From positions 1 to 64,000 of the IMG/VR virus record IMGVR_UViG_3300024319_000003: a DNA stretch of 64,000 nt; one strand, written 5' to 3'. The number at the start of each line of letters is the position of its first letter. The first letter of the stretch is position 1. Under the pieces are notes generated by a model. It worked only from the letters and a program-made list of their open reading frames with translations, had not been told where the DNA came from and made no database searches. Shown in pieces: positions 18,464 through 29,030 of the stretch. This stretch comes from a virus. The translations under genes were made by a program, and so were the position numbers.

Positions 18464-18703
18464 ATGTCACAATTCAAAGTTATTGAAGCACTTAAAGCTC
18501 AAGCAAAAGCAGATAAAGCAAAAGCCCTTATGTCGTTAGAGCTACTAACAACCCACGCAGCTGGTATAGGAGATCATACAGCTAATGATTTCTTAAAAGA
18601 TGCTAATGAGTCTTTAGAACTCTTAGTAGATGCTGATGATAAACTTTCAGCAATAGCAACATACTTCCCAGAAGATAATCCATCTAAGGTTATAAATGGT
18701 TAG
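18464..18703 (+). CDS. Hypothetical protein
   Basis: ORF after a host-type promoter; AGIGDH motif. Confidence 0.7.
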   Translation: MSQFKVIEALKAQAKADKAKALMSLELLTTHAAGIGDHTANDFLKDANESLELLVDADDKLSAIATYFPEDNPSKVING

Positions 18704-18705
18704 TT

Positions 18706-19131
18706 ATGAGTAAGCAAGTGAAAGAGTACGAAAATAAATTAAAAATAAAAGTTACAGAAATGAGCAGTAGAGAAATCAGCAATGCTAAGAATCCTCCTTC
18801 AGCAAGAGAAATCCTAAGAGAAGAGTACCCAACAATACATGACGCTTACGAACAGATAATGTATGAACAGTTTGACTTATTTGCTAAGAAACATTTAGAT
18901 TACGGTATGCATAATGTTAGTGCAGGAACCAATCTAGAAACAGCAGACGAAATGGAGTTTGCTATGACAGGGTTATGGTATAGACTTTCAGATAAAGTTA
19001 ACAGATGGAAGAATATGATTATATCAGGGCGTAAGGCACAAAATGAAACATTATTAGATACCTTTCAAGATATAACTAACTATGGGATAATTGCTCAGTT
19101 AGTGTCTAAAGGTCTATGGAAAAACGATTAA
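18706..19131 (+). CDS. Nucleotide-modification-associated domain protein (Nmad1/DUF1599-like)
   Basis: KKHLDYG...RLSDKVNR...ETLLDTFQDITNYGII. Confidence 0.75.
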   Translation: MSKQVKEYENKLKIKVTEMSSREISNAKNPPSAREILREEYPTIHDAYEQIMYEQFDLFAKKHLDYGMHNVSAGTNLETADEMEFAMTGLWYRLSDKVNRWKNMIISGRKAQNETLLDTFQDITNYGIIAQLVSKGLWKND

Positions 19132-19135
19132 TAGT

Positions 19136-20101
19136 TTGAAAAAAATCTATCCAGATAGAAAGGTTTTAAAAGCTGATCCTTTAGTAAAAGAGGTATGGGA
19201 GAGTAAGATAAAACAATCTCCTAAATCAAATAAGCATATTTCGTACTCTCAACTAAGCAGTTTTTCCTCTTGTCAGAGACAATGGTACCTTCAATACGTT
19301 AGGAAATTAGCTCCTTACCAACCATCCATACATGCAACCTTTGGAACTGCAATGCATGAAACTATGCAAACATGGTTGGAGGTAATGTACCACGATAAAG
19401 TTAAGACTGCTAATGAAATAGATCTAGACGCTTTGTTATATGAGAATATGATAAAAGCATATAAAGGACAGAAAGCTCAAAATAGTCATCAGCATTTTTC
19501 TAATACAGATGAATTAACTATGTTCTGGATAGACGGTAAGCATATACTTAACTACCTTAAAAAGAAGAGAAGCGCTTACTTTGGTACTAAGGGGATATAT
19601 TTAGCAGGAGTAGAGACATTGCTTTATCAAGAATTACGCCCTGGAGTAATGTTTAAAGGGTTTATAGATCTAGTATTTTATGATGCAAGAGTTGATAGAT
19701 GGAAAATAGTAGATATTAAAACATCAACATCAGGGTGGAATAAATTTGCTAAATCAGATGATAAAAAGTTAGCTCAAATACTACTATATAAAAAGTTCTT
19801 TTCAGAACAGTTTGATATTCCAATTGAAAAAATTGATGTAGAGTATTTTATAGTTAAACGTAAAGTACCAGTAGATGCAGATTATGCAGCAATGCAACGA
19901 AGAGTACAGGAATTTAGCCCAACAGCTGGTAAAATAAAAGTAGGTCAAGCAGTTTCTCTTATGAATACATTTGTAGAAACAGCAGTAGATAAAAATGGAG
20001 AGTATGTTGATAAAGAGTATCCAACTAACCCTAGTAAGTGGGGTTGCAATTTTTGTGCTTTCAAAGATATGAGAATATGTCCTGATGCTATTAATGGATA
20101 A
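19136..20101 (+). CDS. PD-(D/E)XK nuclease, Cas4/AddB-like
   Basis: SYSQLSSFSSC, GTAMHE, GFIDLV, IVDIKTS, CNFC...C. Confidence 0.85.
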   Translation: MKKIYPDRKVLKADPLVKEVWESKIKQSPKSNKHISYSQLSSFSSCQRQWYLQYVRKLAPYQPSIHATFGTAMHETMQTWLEVMYHDKVKTANEIDLDALLYENMIKAYKGQKAQNSHQHFSNTDELTMFWIDGKHILNYLKKKRSAYFGTKGIYLAGVETLLYQELRPGVMFKGFIDLVFYDARVDRWKIVDIKTSTSGWNKFAKSDDKKLAQILLYKKFFSEQFDIPIEKIDVEYFIVKRKVPVDADYAAMQRRVQEFSPTAGKIKVGQAVSLMNTFVETAVDKNGEYVDKEYPTNPSKWGCNFCAFKDMRICPDAING

Positions 20102-20139
20102 AGGGCCTATTTATATATAAATATATAAGTATATATGTT

Positions 20140-20343
20140 ATGAAAAATTCTGAAAAAAGGTTAACGACCGTTCGTATTGAAGATGATTTATTCCAAGAGT
20201 TTAAATACCAATGCATAAAAAATAAATTTTCTTTTCAAAAGCTTGCCTCCCGTAGTATTTTTCTTTATCTTACAGATAAGGAGTTTAGAGAAGGTATACA
20301 TAAAATAAGTAATATTAATATAGAACAATTAGATGACAAATAG
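20140..20343 (+). CDS. Ribbon-helix-helix-like DNA-binding protein
   Basis: LTTVRIEDDLFQEFK pattern. Confidence 0.6.
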   Translation: MKNSEKRLTTVRIEDDLFQEFKYQCIKNKFSFQKLASRSIFLYLTDKEFREGIHKISNINIEQLDDK

Positions 20344-21781
20344 AGAAGGTTATATAAAGAAAGAAGATAGAAAAAAGATTCTTCTACTTTGTGATGATAT
20401 TAGAATGCACTCAGGTATCGCAACTATGGGTAAAGAGTTTGTATTTGGGTTAGCTCATAAGTTTAACTGGGTACATGTAGCAGGAGCATTAAAACATCCA
20501 GATGCTGGAAAAGGGCAAGATGTATCTAATGAAGTAAATAAACTTACCAACATGACTGACTCAGACGTTAAACTGATTCCTTATAATGGATATGGAGACG
20601 TTGGTTTAGTTAGGAGTCTTATAGCTCAAGAGAAACCTGATGCTATAATGATTTTTACTGACCCTAGATATTGGACATGGTTATTTGATATTGAAAGAGA
20701 AATTAGATCGCATATACCTATTATGTACCTAAACATATGGGATGATTACCCTGCACCACTTTACAATAAAGTATACTACAATTCCTGTGATTTATTAATG
20801 GGTATATCAAAACAAACTGTTAACATTAATAAATTGGTATTAGGAGAAGATGCTAAAAGTAAGATCATCAGATACGTACCTCACGGTATAGATGAGAATA
20901 TGTTCTTTAAGATTCATAAAGATGATGAGCAGTTTAAAGGTTTCCAGGAATTTAAAAACTCAGTATTTGAGAACCGTACAGATATAGAATACGTAGTTAT
21001 GTTTAATTCACGTAACATAAGAAGAAAGAGCGTACCAGATCTAATTTTTGCTTATAGACTATTCTGCGATAAGATAGGAAAGGAAGAAGCTAAAAAATGT
21101 GCTTTAATACTCCATACTCAAAGTGTAGATCAAAACGGTACAGACTTAAGAGCAGTTAGAGAGAACCTATGTGATCCAGAATATGTTAATGTATATTTCT
21201 CGGAAGGTAAATTAACAACACCTCAAATGAATTGGTTATATAATTTAGCAGACTTAGTTGTTTTACCTTCTTCTAACGAAGGATGGGGATTAGCATTGAC
21301 AGAAGCAATGATGTCAGAAACTATGATTGCAGCTAACGTAACAGGAGGTATGCAAGACCAAATGAGATTTACTGATGATAAAGGAGAATGGTTTACACCG
21401 AGTAAGGATATACCTTCTAATCATAGAGGTACTTATAAAGAACATGGTGAATGGTCTATACCGATCTTTCCAAGTAACATCTCATTAGTTGGGTCAGTTC
21501 CCACACCTTATATATTTGACGATAGATGTTCAGCAGAAGATATAGCAGAAGCAATATTTAAGTCTTTTAGTATGACACCTGAAGATCGTTTAAAGAAAGG
21601 TAAGAAAGGTAGAGAATGGGTAACATCAGAAGAAGCACAGATGTCTTCTAAAAATATGTCAAAGAATATTGGTAACTGTATTGATGAATGTTTTGAAAAC
21701 TTCATACCAAGACCTAAATTTGACTTTATAAAGGTAGAAGACCTTGCACCTAAATACACAGAACATAAATTAATTTACTAA
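20333..21781 (+). CDS. Glycosyltransferase, GT-B/GT4-like
   Basis: RNIRRK, NEGWGLALTEAM. Confidence 0.9.
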   Translation: MTNREGYIKKEDRKKILLLCDDIRMHSGIATMGKEFVFGLAHKFNWVHVAGALKHPDAGKGQDVSNEVNKLTNMTDSDVKLIPYNGYGDVGLVRSLIAQEKPDAIMIFTDPRYWTWLFDIEREIRSHIPIMYLNIWDDYPAPLYNKVYYNSCDLLMGISKQTVNINKLVLGEDAKSKIIRYVPHGIDENMFFKIHKDDEQFKGFQEFKNSVFENRTDIEYVVMFNSRNIRRKSVPDLIFAYRLFCDKIGKEEAKKCALILHTQSVDQNGTDLRAVRENLCDPEYVNVYFSEGKLTTPQMNWLYNLADLVVLPSSNEGWGLALTEAMMSETMIAANVTGGMQDQMRFTDDKGEWFTPSKDIPSNHRGTYKEHGEWSIPIFPSNISLVGSVPTPYIFDDRCSAEDIAEAIFKSFSMTPEDRLKKGKKGREWVTSEEAQMSSKNMSKNIGNCIDECFENFIPRPKFDFIKVEDLAPKYTEHKLIY

Positions 21782-21798
21782 ATATTACAGGTTATACT

Positions 21799-23115
21799 AT
21801 GAACAAACCACTAGCAGTTATATCATGCCCGATAGATACATACTCAGGATATGGAGCGAGAGCAAGAGATTTTGTAAGAGCATTATCAAATGCAAAAGGA
21901 AATGAATGGGATATAAAGATACTACCTCAAGTATGGGGAAATACGAAAGCAGGTTACTTAAAAGAGCATGGAGATAGTTTTTTTACTCCTATGGTTATAG
22001 GTAAGCTAGAAAAGAAACCAAATGTATGGGTACAAATAACAGTACCTAATGAATTTCAAGCAGTAGGGGATTTTAACATAGGTGTTACTGCAGCTATGGA
22101 GACTACACTATGTCATGATACTTGGGTGACTGGAGCAAATAATATGGATATCGTATTTACTTCTTCAGAGCACGGTAAAAATTCTCTTATCAACAGTATG
22201 TTCGATGTAGAAAATAACGAAACTAAAGAAAAGAGTAGACTAAGAATTACCAAACCAGTAGAAGTATTATTTGAAGGAGTTGACTCTAAAACATATGATC
22301 CTAAAAGTGAATATAAAAACACAGAGTTAATTAATTCGTTAGATAGTATTAAAGAAAATTTCTGCTTCTTATTCGTTGGGCATTGGCTACAAGGTGAACA
22401 TACACAGGATAGAAAAAATATAGGAGGAATGATAGAAAGCTTCCTTGAAACATTTAAAACTCAACACACTCAACCTGCTTTGATTATAAAAACTCAATCA
22501 GCAAATAGTTCTATAATGGATCAGCAAGCGATACTTGAAAAGATAGATTTTGTTAGAAAGAAAGTTAAAGGAAGAATACCTAATGTATACTTACTACATG
22601 GAGAACTATCGGATAGAGACATTAATAACCTATATAATCACAGTAAAGTTAAAGCAATGGTTAACCTAACAAGAGGTGAAGGCTTTGGAAGACCGTTACT
22701 AGAATTTACAACCACAGGGAAACCTATTATTGCATCAGGATGGTCAGGACATACGGACTTTCTTAGAAGTGATTTAAATCTACTTGTAGGAGGTAAATTA
22801 GAAACGGTACACCCATCGGCGGTAGTTCAAAAAATGATTATACCTGAATCAAAATGGTTTACTTTTGATGATAAAGAAGCTAGTAAAGCATTTAAATCGG
22901 TATATAAAAACTATAAACAGAATATCATTAAAAGTAGAACTCAGAAAAGAATAACAAGAGAGCACTATTCCCTTGAGAAGATGGAGGAGTTACTAAAAAA
23001 CTATTTAGATAAATATACTCCTAAATTCTCAGTAGAACAAGAGTTTACCCCTCCTAAGTTAGAGTTACCAAAAGAGATAAGATTACCAAAAAGAAAATTA
23101 ACAAAAGTAAAATAG
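21799..23115 (+). CDS. Glycosyltransferase, GT-B/GT4-like
   Basis: SGYG, DRKN, RGEGFGRPLLEF. Confidence 0.9.
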   Translation: MNKPLAVISCPIDTYSGYGARARDFVRALSNAKGNEWDIKILPQVWGNTKAGYLKEHGDSFFTPMVIGKLEKKPNVWVQITVPNEFQAVGDFNIGVTAAMETTLCHDTWVTGANNMDIVFTSSEHGKNSLINSMFDVENNETKEKSRLRITKPVEVLFEGVDSKTYDPKSEYKNTELINSLDSIKENFCFLFVGHWLQGEHTQDRKNIGGMIESFLETFKTQHTQPALIIKTQSANSSIMDQQAILEKIDFVRKKVKGRIPNVYLLHGELSDRDINNLYNHSKVKAMVNLTRGEGFGRPLLEFTTTGKPIIASGWSGHTDFLRSDLNLLVGGKLETVHPSAVVQKMIIPESKWFTFDDKEASKAFKSVYKNYKQNIIKSRTQKRITREHYSLEKMEELLKNYLDKYTPKFSVEQEFTPPKLELPKEIRLPKRKLTKVK

Positions 23116-23120
23116 TAAAT

Positions 23121-23570
23121 ATGAATTTAGTACAAGGACCGTTTGGAAGTAATGCCTGCTACGAACAAAGTTTCGAACAAGATGGACAAGAGATTAAAAC
23201 GTGGCTATGTTTCGGTAGCGGATTTACAACATCAACATTAATGACTGAAGGATCAAAATCAGTAAAAGATTTATTAGAAACAGCACCTGAGCTATATAAA
23301 GATTTATTGCATATTGATAATGAAAAAAGAGTATGGTTTCCAGCTACAATTACTCTACCAGAAAAAGGAATGGTTTTCTTAGATGGAGTAAGTAAAGAGG
23401 ATTGGAAATGGAAAGCAGTAAATGCAATAGAGATTCCAAAAGAAGATTTAGGTAAGTATCCATCTGGTCAAACTCATAGAATGGATATGAGAAACGGAAA
23501 AGAGTTTAAGCGCAGTGACTTTATGGACGCTTTAGAAATGATAGGATTTTACGAAATACCAAAAGAGTAA
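23121..23570 (+). CDS. Hypothetical protein
   Basis: ORF within the glycosylation cluster. Confidence 0.7.
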   Translation: MNLVQGPFGSNACYEQSFEQDGQEIKTWLCFGSGFTTSTLMTEGSKSVKDLLETAPELYKDLLHIDNEKRVWFPATITLPEKGMVFLDGVSKEDWKWKAVNAIEIPKEDLGKYPSGQTHRMDMRNGKEFKRSDFMDALEMIGFYEIPKE

Positions 23571-23572
23571 GC

Positions 23573-24193
23573 ATGAAAATAAGTTATGCAATAACAGTAT
23601 GTAATGAGTATGAGGAGATTCAAAAACTAATATCCACACTTATGCTCAATATCAGAGAAGAAGATGAGGTAATAGTCTTATTTGATAAACAAAAAGGAAC
23701 TGCAGAAGTATGGGAGTACTTAGTAGGTCTACAGAGCCAAGATTTAATAAAAGCATATCCAAAATCTTTTAAAGGGCATTTTGCAGACTGGAAGAATTTA
23801 CTTAGTTCTTTTTGTACTGGAGATTATATATTCCAGATTGATGCAGATGAAATTCCTTCAGAGTTTTTACTAAAAACATTCCCTCAGGTACTAGAAAGTA
23901 ATGCTGTAGAGACTATACTAGTCCCAAGAGTCAATACAGTTGAAGGTTTAACTGATGAGCATATCCAAAAGTGGAGATGGAATGTAAATGAAAAAGGTTG
24001 GGTTAATTGGCCAGATTATCAAATGAGGATTTGGAAAAATATACCTGAGATTAAATGGGTTAATAAGGTACACGAAGTGTTAGAAGGTTTTAATACTTTT
24101 GTAAAGTTACCGCTTTTAGAACAGTATTCATTAGAACATAAAAAAGATATTAACCGACAGGAAGCTCAAAATAACTATTATGATACCCTTTAA
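23573..24193 (+). CDS. Glycosyltransferase, GT2-like
   Basis: ISYAITVCNE, GDYIFQIDADE, PDYQMR, KVHE. Confidence 0.9.
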   Translation: MKISYAITVCNEYEEIQKLISTLMLNIREEDEVIVLFDKQKGTAEVWEYLVGLQSQDLIKAYPKSFKGHFADWKNLLSSFCTGDYIFQIDADEIPSEFLLKTFPQVLESNAVETILVPRVNTVEGLTDEHIQKWRWNVNEKGWVNWPDYQMRIWKNIPEIKWVNKVHEVLEGFNTFVKLPLLEQYSLEHKKDINRQEAQNNYYDTL

Positions 24194-24196
24194 GAT

Positions 24197-24850
24197 ATGA
24201 TGTACGATACTAAATATAAATTTAATGAAACATGGTTTGATAATTCAATTGAACTATGGAATCAAGTCTTTGACAAATTTAAAGACGATATTAATATAGA
24301 AAATGTCTTAGAGATAGGTTGTTATGAAGGAAGAGCAACAGTGTACCTTTGTGAAAAGGTTCTTAAAGCTAATGCTAATTACGATGTAGTAGATACATTT
24401 GGAGGATCAGAAGCGGAGTCCGGTATGAAAGAAACAATGAATAGGTTAGATAAAAATAATAATATAATCTACGATAACTTTAAACATAACATATCATTTT
24501 TCAAGGATATTAACTTTAATATACACAGAGGTATATCTCAGCAAATTCTACCAACCCTTGTGGATAAAGAGAGACAGTACGATTTTGTATATGTAGATGC
24601 TTCTCATAGAGCAGATGATACATTTGTAGATGCATACTATGCTAATAAAATGTTAAAAGATGGTGGCTTATTAATATTTGATGATTTTGGCTGGAAAGAC
24701 CCTGCACAACCAGAACTAGTATCTTCTCCTGAGTTTGGTATTAGAACATTTGCAACAATGTATCAAAACATATACGATACTATCGCAACAGGTTACCAGA
24801 TAGTATTAAGGAAAAAAAGTAATGAAAATATAATTAAAAGTACATTTTAA
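24197..24850 (+). CDS. Class I SAM-dependent methyltransferase
   Basis: VLEIGCYEG, YDFVYVDASH, GGLLIFDD. Confidence 0.9.
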   Translation: MMYDTKYKFNETWFDNSIELWNQVFDKFKDDINIENVLEIGCYEGRATVYLCEKVLKANANYDVVDTFGGSEAESGMKETMNRLDKNNNIIYDNFKHNISFFKDINFNIHRGISQQILPTLVDKERQYDFVYVDASHRADDTFVDAYYANKMLKDGGLLIFDDFGWKDPAQPELVSSPEFGIRTFATMYQNIYDTIATGYQIVLRKKSNENIIKSTF

Positions 24851-24865
24851 AAAACAAACAAAGTT

Positions 24866-25933
24866 ATGAGAAAAACAGCATTAGTACTAGGTGGTGGTGG
24901 TTTTATAGGAGGTCACTTAGCAAAACGATTAAAAGAAGAAGACTACTATGTACGAGTTGTAGATATTAAATCAAAACATGAATTTTGGAACCATGGACTT
25001 ATATGCGATAATTATGTTTCTGGTGACTTAAGAGAAGCTTCAATTGTTGCAGCAGCATTCAGAGTAGAACGTGACCCAAATCATACAGATGTAATTTACG
25101 ATTACAGTTTACAGAAACAACCTTTCACGGTTATAGACTCTTTTGATGAAGTTTACCAATTAGCAGCTGATATGGGAGGTGCTGGTTACATCTTTACAGG
25201 AGAGAATGATGCAAATATTATGCATAATTCAGCATTAGTAAACCTTAATACAGTACTAGAGGCAAGCAAGACAAGAGTAAAAAGAATATTCTACTCCTCT
25301 TCAGCTTGTATGTACCCAGAACATAATCAATTAGATCCTGATAACCCTAACTGTGAGGAAAGCTCTGCTTATCCAGCTGACCCAGATTCAGAATACGGAT
25401 GGGAAAAACTATTTAGTGAAAGATTATTTTTAGCTTTTGCTAGGAATTATAAATTAAGTGTTAGAGTTGCAAGGTTTCATAATATATTTGGACCTCAAGG
25501 AACTTGGACTGGCGGAAAAGAAAAAGCACCTGCTGCTATGTGCCGTAAAGCTGCAGAAGCAGATACTGAAATGGAAGTATGGGGTGATGGGTTACAGACT
25601 AGATCCTTTTTATATGTTGATGAATGTATAGAAGCTATGTTAAGGTTTATGAGACAAGAAGAATTTGCTGGCCCAGTCAATATAGGTTCAGAGGAAATGG
25701 TTACAATAAATGAGCTTGCTAATATAGCTATTAATTGTTCCGGAAAAGATATTATAATCAATAACATACAAGGTCAAGACTTTATTGATAAGTACGGTTT
25801 CCCTTGCCCTGTCGGAGTAAGAGGAAGAAACTCTGATAATAAATTGTTTAAAGAGAAGATGGGATGGGAACCTTCTCAATCATTAGTTGAAGGAATGAAA
25901 GAAACTTTTAAATGGATTAACACACAAAAATAA
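24866..25933 (+). CDS. NAD-dependent epimerase, GDP-mannose 3,5-epimerase-like
   Basis: GGGGFIG, LAADMGGAGYI, SSACMYP, YGWEK, KAPAAMCRK, GVRGRNSDN. Confidence 0.9.
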   Translation: MRKTALVLGGGGFIGGHLAKRLKEEDYYVRVVDIKSKHEFWNHGLICDNYVSGDLREASIVAAAFRVERDPNHTDVIYDYSLQKQPFTVIDSFDEVYQLAADMGGAGYIFTGENDANIMHNSALVNLNTVLEASKTRVKRIFYSSSACMYPEHNQLDPDNPNCEESSAYPADPDSEYGWEKLFSERLFLAFARNYKLSVRVARFHNIFGPQGTWTGGKEKAPAAMCRKAAEADTEMEVWGDGLQTRSFLYVDECIEAMLRFMRQEEFAGPVNIGSEEMVTINELANIAINCSGKDIIINNIQGQDFIDKYGFPCPVGVRGRNSDNKLFKEKMGWEPSQSLVEGMKETFKWINTQK

Positions 25934-26884
25934 ATGAATAGATATATAGTAACAACAACAATTAATCCTCCAACAATAGCTACAAGGAAGTTTTGTAAGT
26001 TAGCAGATAAGAAAGGTTGGAAATTTATAATCATAGGAGATACAAAAACACCTCACAGTCAGTATTTTAAGTTACAAGAGAACTATGATAACTTCGAATA
26101 TATTACTCCAGAGGAACAGGAGCAATTATACCCTGCTTTAAGTCAAGCTATTGGATGGAAGAGTATTCAAAGGAGAAATATAGGTTTACTTCTTGCATAT
26201 GATAGAGGAGCAGAAATTATAGCTACTGTTGATGATGATAATATACCATATGACACTTGGGGAGATGATGTTATGGTAGGTCAATATAGAGAAATAGATT
26301 TATATGACCATAAGATTTATAATGTGTTTGATCCTATTTCTCCTACTAACCATAATGACTTATGGCATAGAGGGTATCCAATAGAGTGTGTACCTAGTAA
26401 AAATGAAATAGAGTATAAAGGTAAGACAGAAAGAAAAGTGCTTATACAAGCTGATTTTTGGGATGGTGATCCTGATATAGATGCTCTCTGCAGGTTAAGT
26501 AAAATGCCAGTCTGTAAGTTTACTAAATTTAAACCATTTGGATCTAATCAAATAGCACCTTTTAATTCTCAAAATACTTTTTTACATAGAGATGTTATAC
26601 CGTACTACTCAGTACTTCCACATGCAGGTAGAATGGACGACATATGGGGTGCTTATATAGTTCAACTCTATTTTCCACGTTCAGTAGTATATAACAAAGC
26701 TTCTGTGTATCAAGATAGAAACGAACAAGACCTAGTAACTAATTTAGAAAATGAAGTTATTGGGTATAGAAATACTTTGAAACTAATAAACGATCTAAGT
26801 AACTACTATAACTACCTTCCTCAAAAGAGTCAAAAGTTTTGGGATGTTTGGAGAAATCAATTTGTAAAAGATATAGAAATATGA
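25934..26884 (+). CDS. STELLO/RGP-like GT-A fold protein
   Basis: IVTTTINPP, IGDTKTP, RRNIG, VDDDN, WHRGYP, DPDIDA, FNSQNT, RMDDIW. Confidence 0.75.
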   Translation: MNRYIVTTTINPPTIATRKFCKLADKKGWKFIIIGDTKTPHSQYFKLQENYDNFEYITPEEQEQLYPALSQAIGWKSIQRRNIGLLLAYDRGAEIIATVDDDNIPYDTWGDDVMVGQYREIDLYDHKIYNVFDPISPTNHNDLWHRGYPIECVPSKNEIEYKGKTERKVLIQADFWDGDPDIDALCRLSKMPVCKFTKFKPFGSNQIAPFNSQNTFLHRDVIPYYSVLPHAGRMDDIWGAYIVQLYFPRSVVYNKASVYQDRNEQDLVTNLENEVIGYRNTLKLINDLSNYYNYLPQKSQKFWDVWRNQFVKDIEI

Positions 26885-27762
26885 AACTATCAGCAATAAT
26901 AGTATCCCGTAATGATAACTACGGAGGACATTTAAATGAAAGAGCTACATACGCAATAAACTCAGCTATACATACTTACGACGAAGTAATTTACGTAGAT
27001 TGGAACTCTGATAAAGGTAGTTTACTTTACGATATAGAAGATAACCTAGATGTTAAAGGTAATCTAAAACATATAGTCATACCTCCCGACGTAGCAGCAC
27101 AGCTTACTAATAGTGATCCACATGCACAAAAATGCTGTGAAGTGTTAGCTCGTAATATAGGTATTAGAAGAGCAACCGGAGATTATATTGTATCAACAAA
27201 CATAGATATTATACAACCTAAAAGAGAAGATATTATTAAGTTGATACAGGATAAAGGTACAGAAGGATTTTTTACAACTGTTAGTAGGAGACCATTAGAA
27301 TGGGAAGAAATTAAAAACTTCCAAGGAGGAGATTATAACTTCTCTAATTGGAGTGCATTTAGAGACTATGCATATGTTAATTCAACTCCCCGTAACATGC
27401 AAGAAAAAACAACACCAGGAGATGAATACAGCATTATAAACTGCTGTGGAGACTTTCAATTAGCTCCTGCTCAAGTATGGGATGATATCAAAGGTTTTGA
27501 AGAAGAGTTAATATACCCACTTTTTGCTGATACTAACGTGCAGAAGAAAGCAGCACTCAAAGGACATAGATTAACTGGAGCATATTCTCCACCGTTGTTT
27601 CATATCAATCACGGTTCAAAAGGTTGGGGAGGCGGAGGAATTGCTGACGGAGTTAATAAGAAGTCAAACGACATAAACAGAGCAGTAACTCTCCAGCAAG
27701 AATCTACAAACCCTGACACATGGGGCTTCTCACAAATTGACATCGAACACGAAACATTTTAA
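26881..27762 (+). CDS. Glycosyltransferase, GT-A-like (ATG at 26881)
   Basis: SRNDNYGG, VDWNS, ARNIGIRRATGDYIVSTNID, GDFQL. Confidence 0.8.
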   Translation: MKLSAIIVSRNDNYGGHLNERATYAINSAIHTYDEVIYVDWNSDKGSLLYDIEDNLDVKGNLKHIVIPPDVAAQLTNSDPHAQKCCEVLARNIGIRRATGDYIVSTNIDIIQPKREDIIKLIQDKGTEGFFTTVSRRPLEWEEIKNFQGGDYNFSNWSAFRDYAYVNSTPRNMQEKTTPGDEYSIINCCGDFQLAPAQVWDDIKGFEEELIYPLFADTNVQKKAALKGHRLTGAYSPPLFHINHGSKGWGGGGIADGVNKKSNDINRAVTLQQESTNPDTWGFSQIDIEHETF

Positions 27763-27804
27763 ATAAACACTACTATTTATAATAGTACAAAAAATACAAA
27801 ACCT

Positions 27805-28167
27805 ATGAATAAAATAGAAACATTAATAAAAGATGTATTAAGTGAAGCTGCTAAAATCAATTTTGCTGGGCATAAGTTTCTCCTTAAAGTAGATGTAAAC
27901 GAAGATCCTCAGAAAAAAGGATTAAAGATACAATTCTTACCTACTAGTTTTGGCGGCATAACACCTACGGAACAGAACGATATAGCAATTGAACTAGAAA
28001 AAAGACTAGAAGATGGCTTAACGGATTATGAATTAAGAGTTGAGAGAGACAGAAACTTAAAGGATAAAACAATCATAGGATTCTTCGTCTATATAGAATA
28101 CTTCGATAAAATAGTTAGGAAGGCTCTTTCAGGTCAAAACCCAACTAGTTTATCAGATGAAGGATAA
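27805..28167 (+). CDS. Hypothetical protein
   Basis: ORF after TATTTAT motif. Confidence 0.7.
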   Translation: MNKIETLIKDVLSEAAKINFAGHKFLLKVDVNEDPQKKGLKIQFLPTSFGGITPTEQNDIAIELEKRLEDGLTDYELRVERDRNLKDKTIIGFFVYIEYFDKIVRKALSGQNPTSLSDEG

Positions 28168-28555
28168 AAAGCAAATAAGAAAAATTCTAAAGAAGTCACT
28201 GAATCTACGGTTTAATATAAAATCGCTGACACCTACCCCTGAGCAAATAAATAAAAGTTTGTTTATTGATACCATGAAAGGTATGACAGAGATACAGGAT
28301 AGAAGTCAGTTCCTTGCAACAGAGATAGGAATAGATACAGTAGCATTCGAAGATGCATACTTCAGAGTTATAGAAAACCTATTCAGATTACACTTCAATC
28401 AAGAGCAACTTTCCCTAATTCAACTATACCTCTATGAGCTATTCCCAGATAAACAGTGGGACGGAACAATTGAGTTACAGATAAAAGACGATACAAAAAT
28501 AGTCGAATTTAAAGAACCTAAAGATGTATGGGAAGTTATAAACTTATTTAAATAA
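28157..28555 (+). CDS. Hypothetical protein
   Basis: ORF overlapping the previous gene. Confidence 0.7.
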   Translation: MKDKKQIRKILKKSLNLRFNIKSLTPTPEQINKSLFIDTMKGMTEIQDRSQFLATEIGIDTVAFEDAYFRVIENLFRLHFNQEQLSLIQLYLYELFPDKQWDGTIELQIKDDTKIVEFKEPKDVWEVINLFK

Positions 28556-28616
28556 AGTTGCTTATTCAATTTTAAATTCGTATATTTATATATTAATAAT
28601 TTAAAAACGGTTATAT

Positions 28617-29030
28617 ATGCAAAACTTAAAAATGATACCATGCCCGGTATGTGGCGAAGACTTTCCTGAACTAAGAAAAACTAAATTTGGTTACCATACC
28701 TGTGTTAATTGCTCTACTGAAGAAGCTGTAGTAGGTATTACAACTATTGAAGGAACAGGAGACCATACATACAACGATATTATAATAATGCCTCGTAAAA
28801 GAGCAGTAGCAATTGCTAAAAAAGAAGCAGAGTTATCCGGTAGGTCGTCTCATTCTGCATTAGAACTTTTAGATTTAGATAGAGATGATGATAAACAGGA
28901 ACAAGTAATAAGAGATAAAGTTACTGAGATAATGGATGAGGATTTGAATGGTGATAATATTGTAACTGATGATCAACATAAAGATCCTGATACAGACATT
29001 ACAGGTATGATAAAAGGAATTGACTACTAA
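28617..29030 (+). CDS. C4 zinc-finger protein, DksA/TraR-like finger
   Basis: CPVC...ELR...TCVNCS. Confidence 0.55.
   Translation: MQNLKMIPCPVCGEDFPELRKTKFGYHTCVNCSTEEAVVGITTIEGTGDHTYNDIIIMPRKRAVAIAKKEAELSGRSSHSALELLDLDRDDDKQEQVIRDKVTEIMDEDLNGDNIVTDDQHKDPDTDITGMIKGIDY

Noticed and set aside
19136-20101. Cas4-like nuclease as evidence of a CRISPR-Cas system
   Set aside because: No cas1/cas2 and no repeat-spacer array in the window; solo Cas4-like nucleases are common in phages
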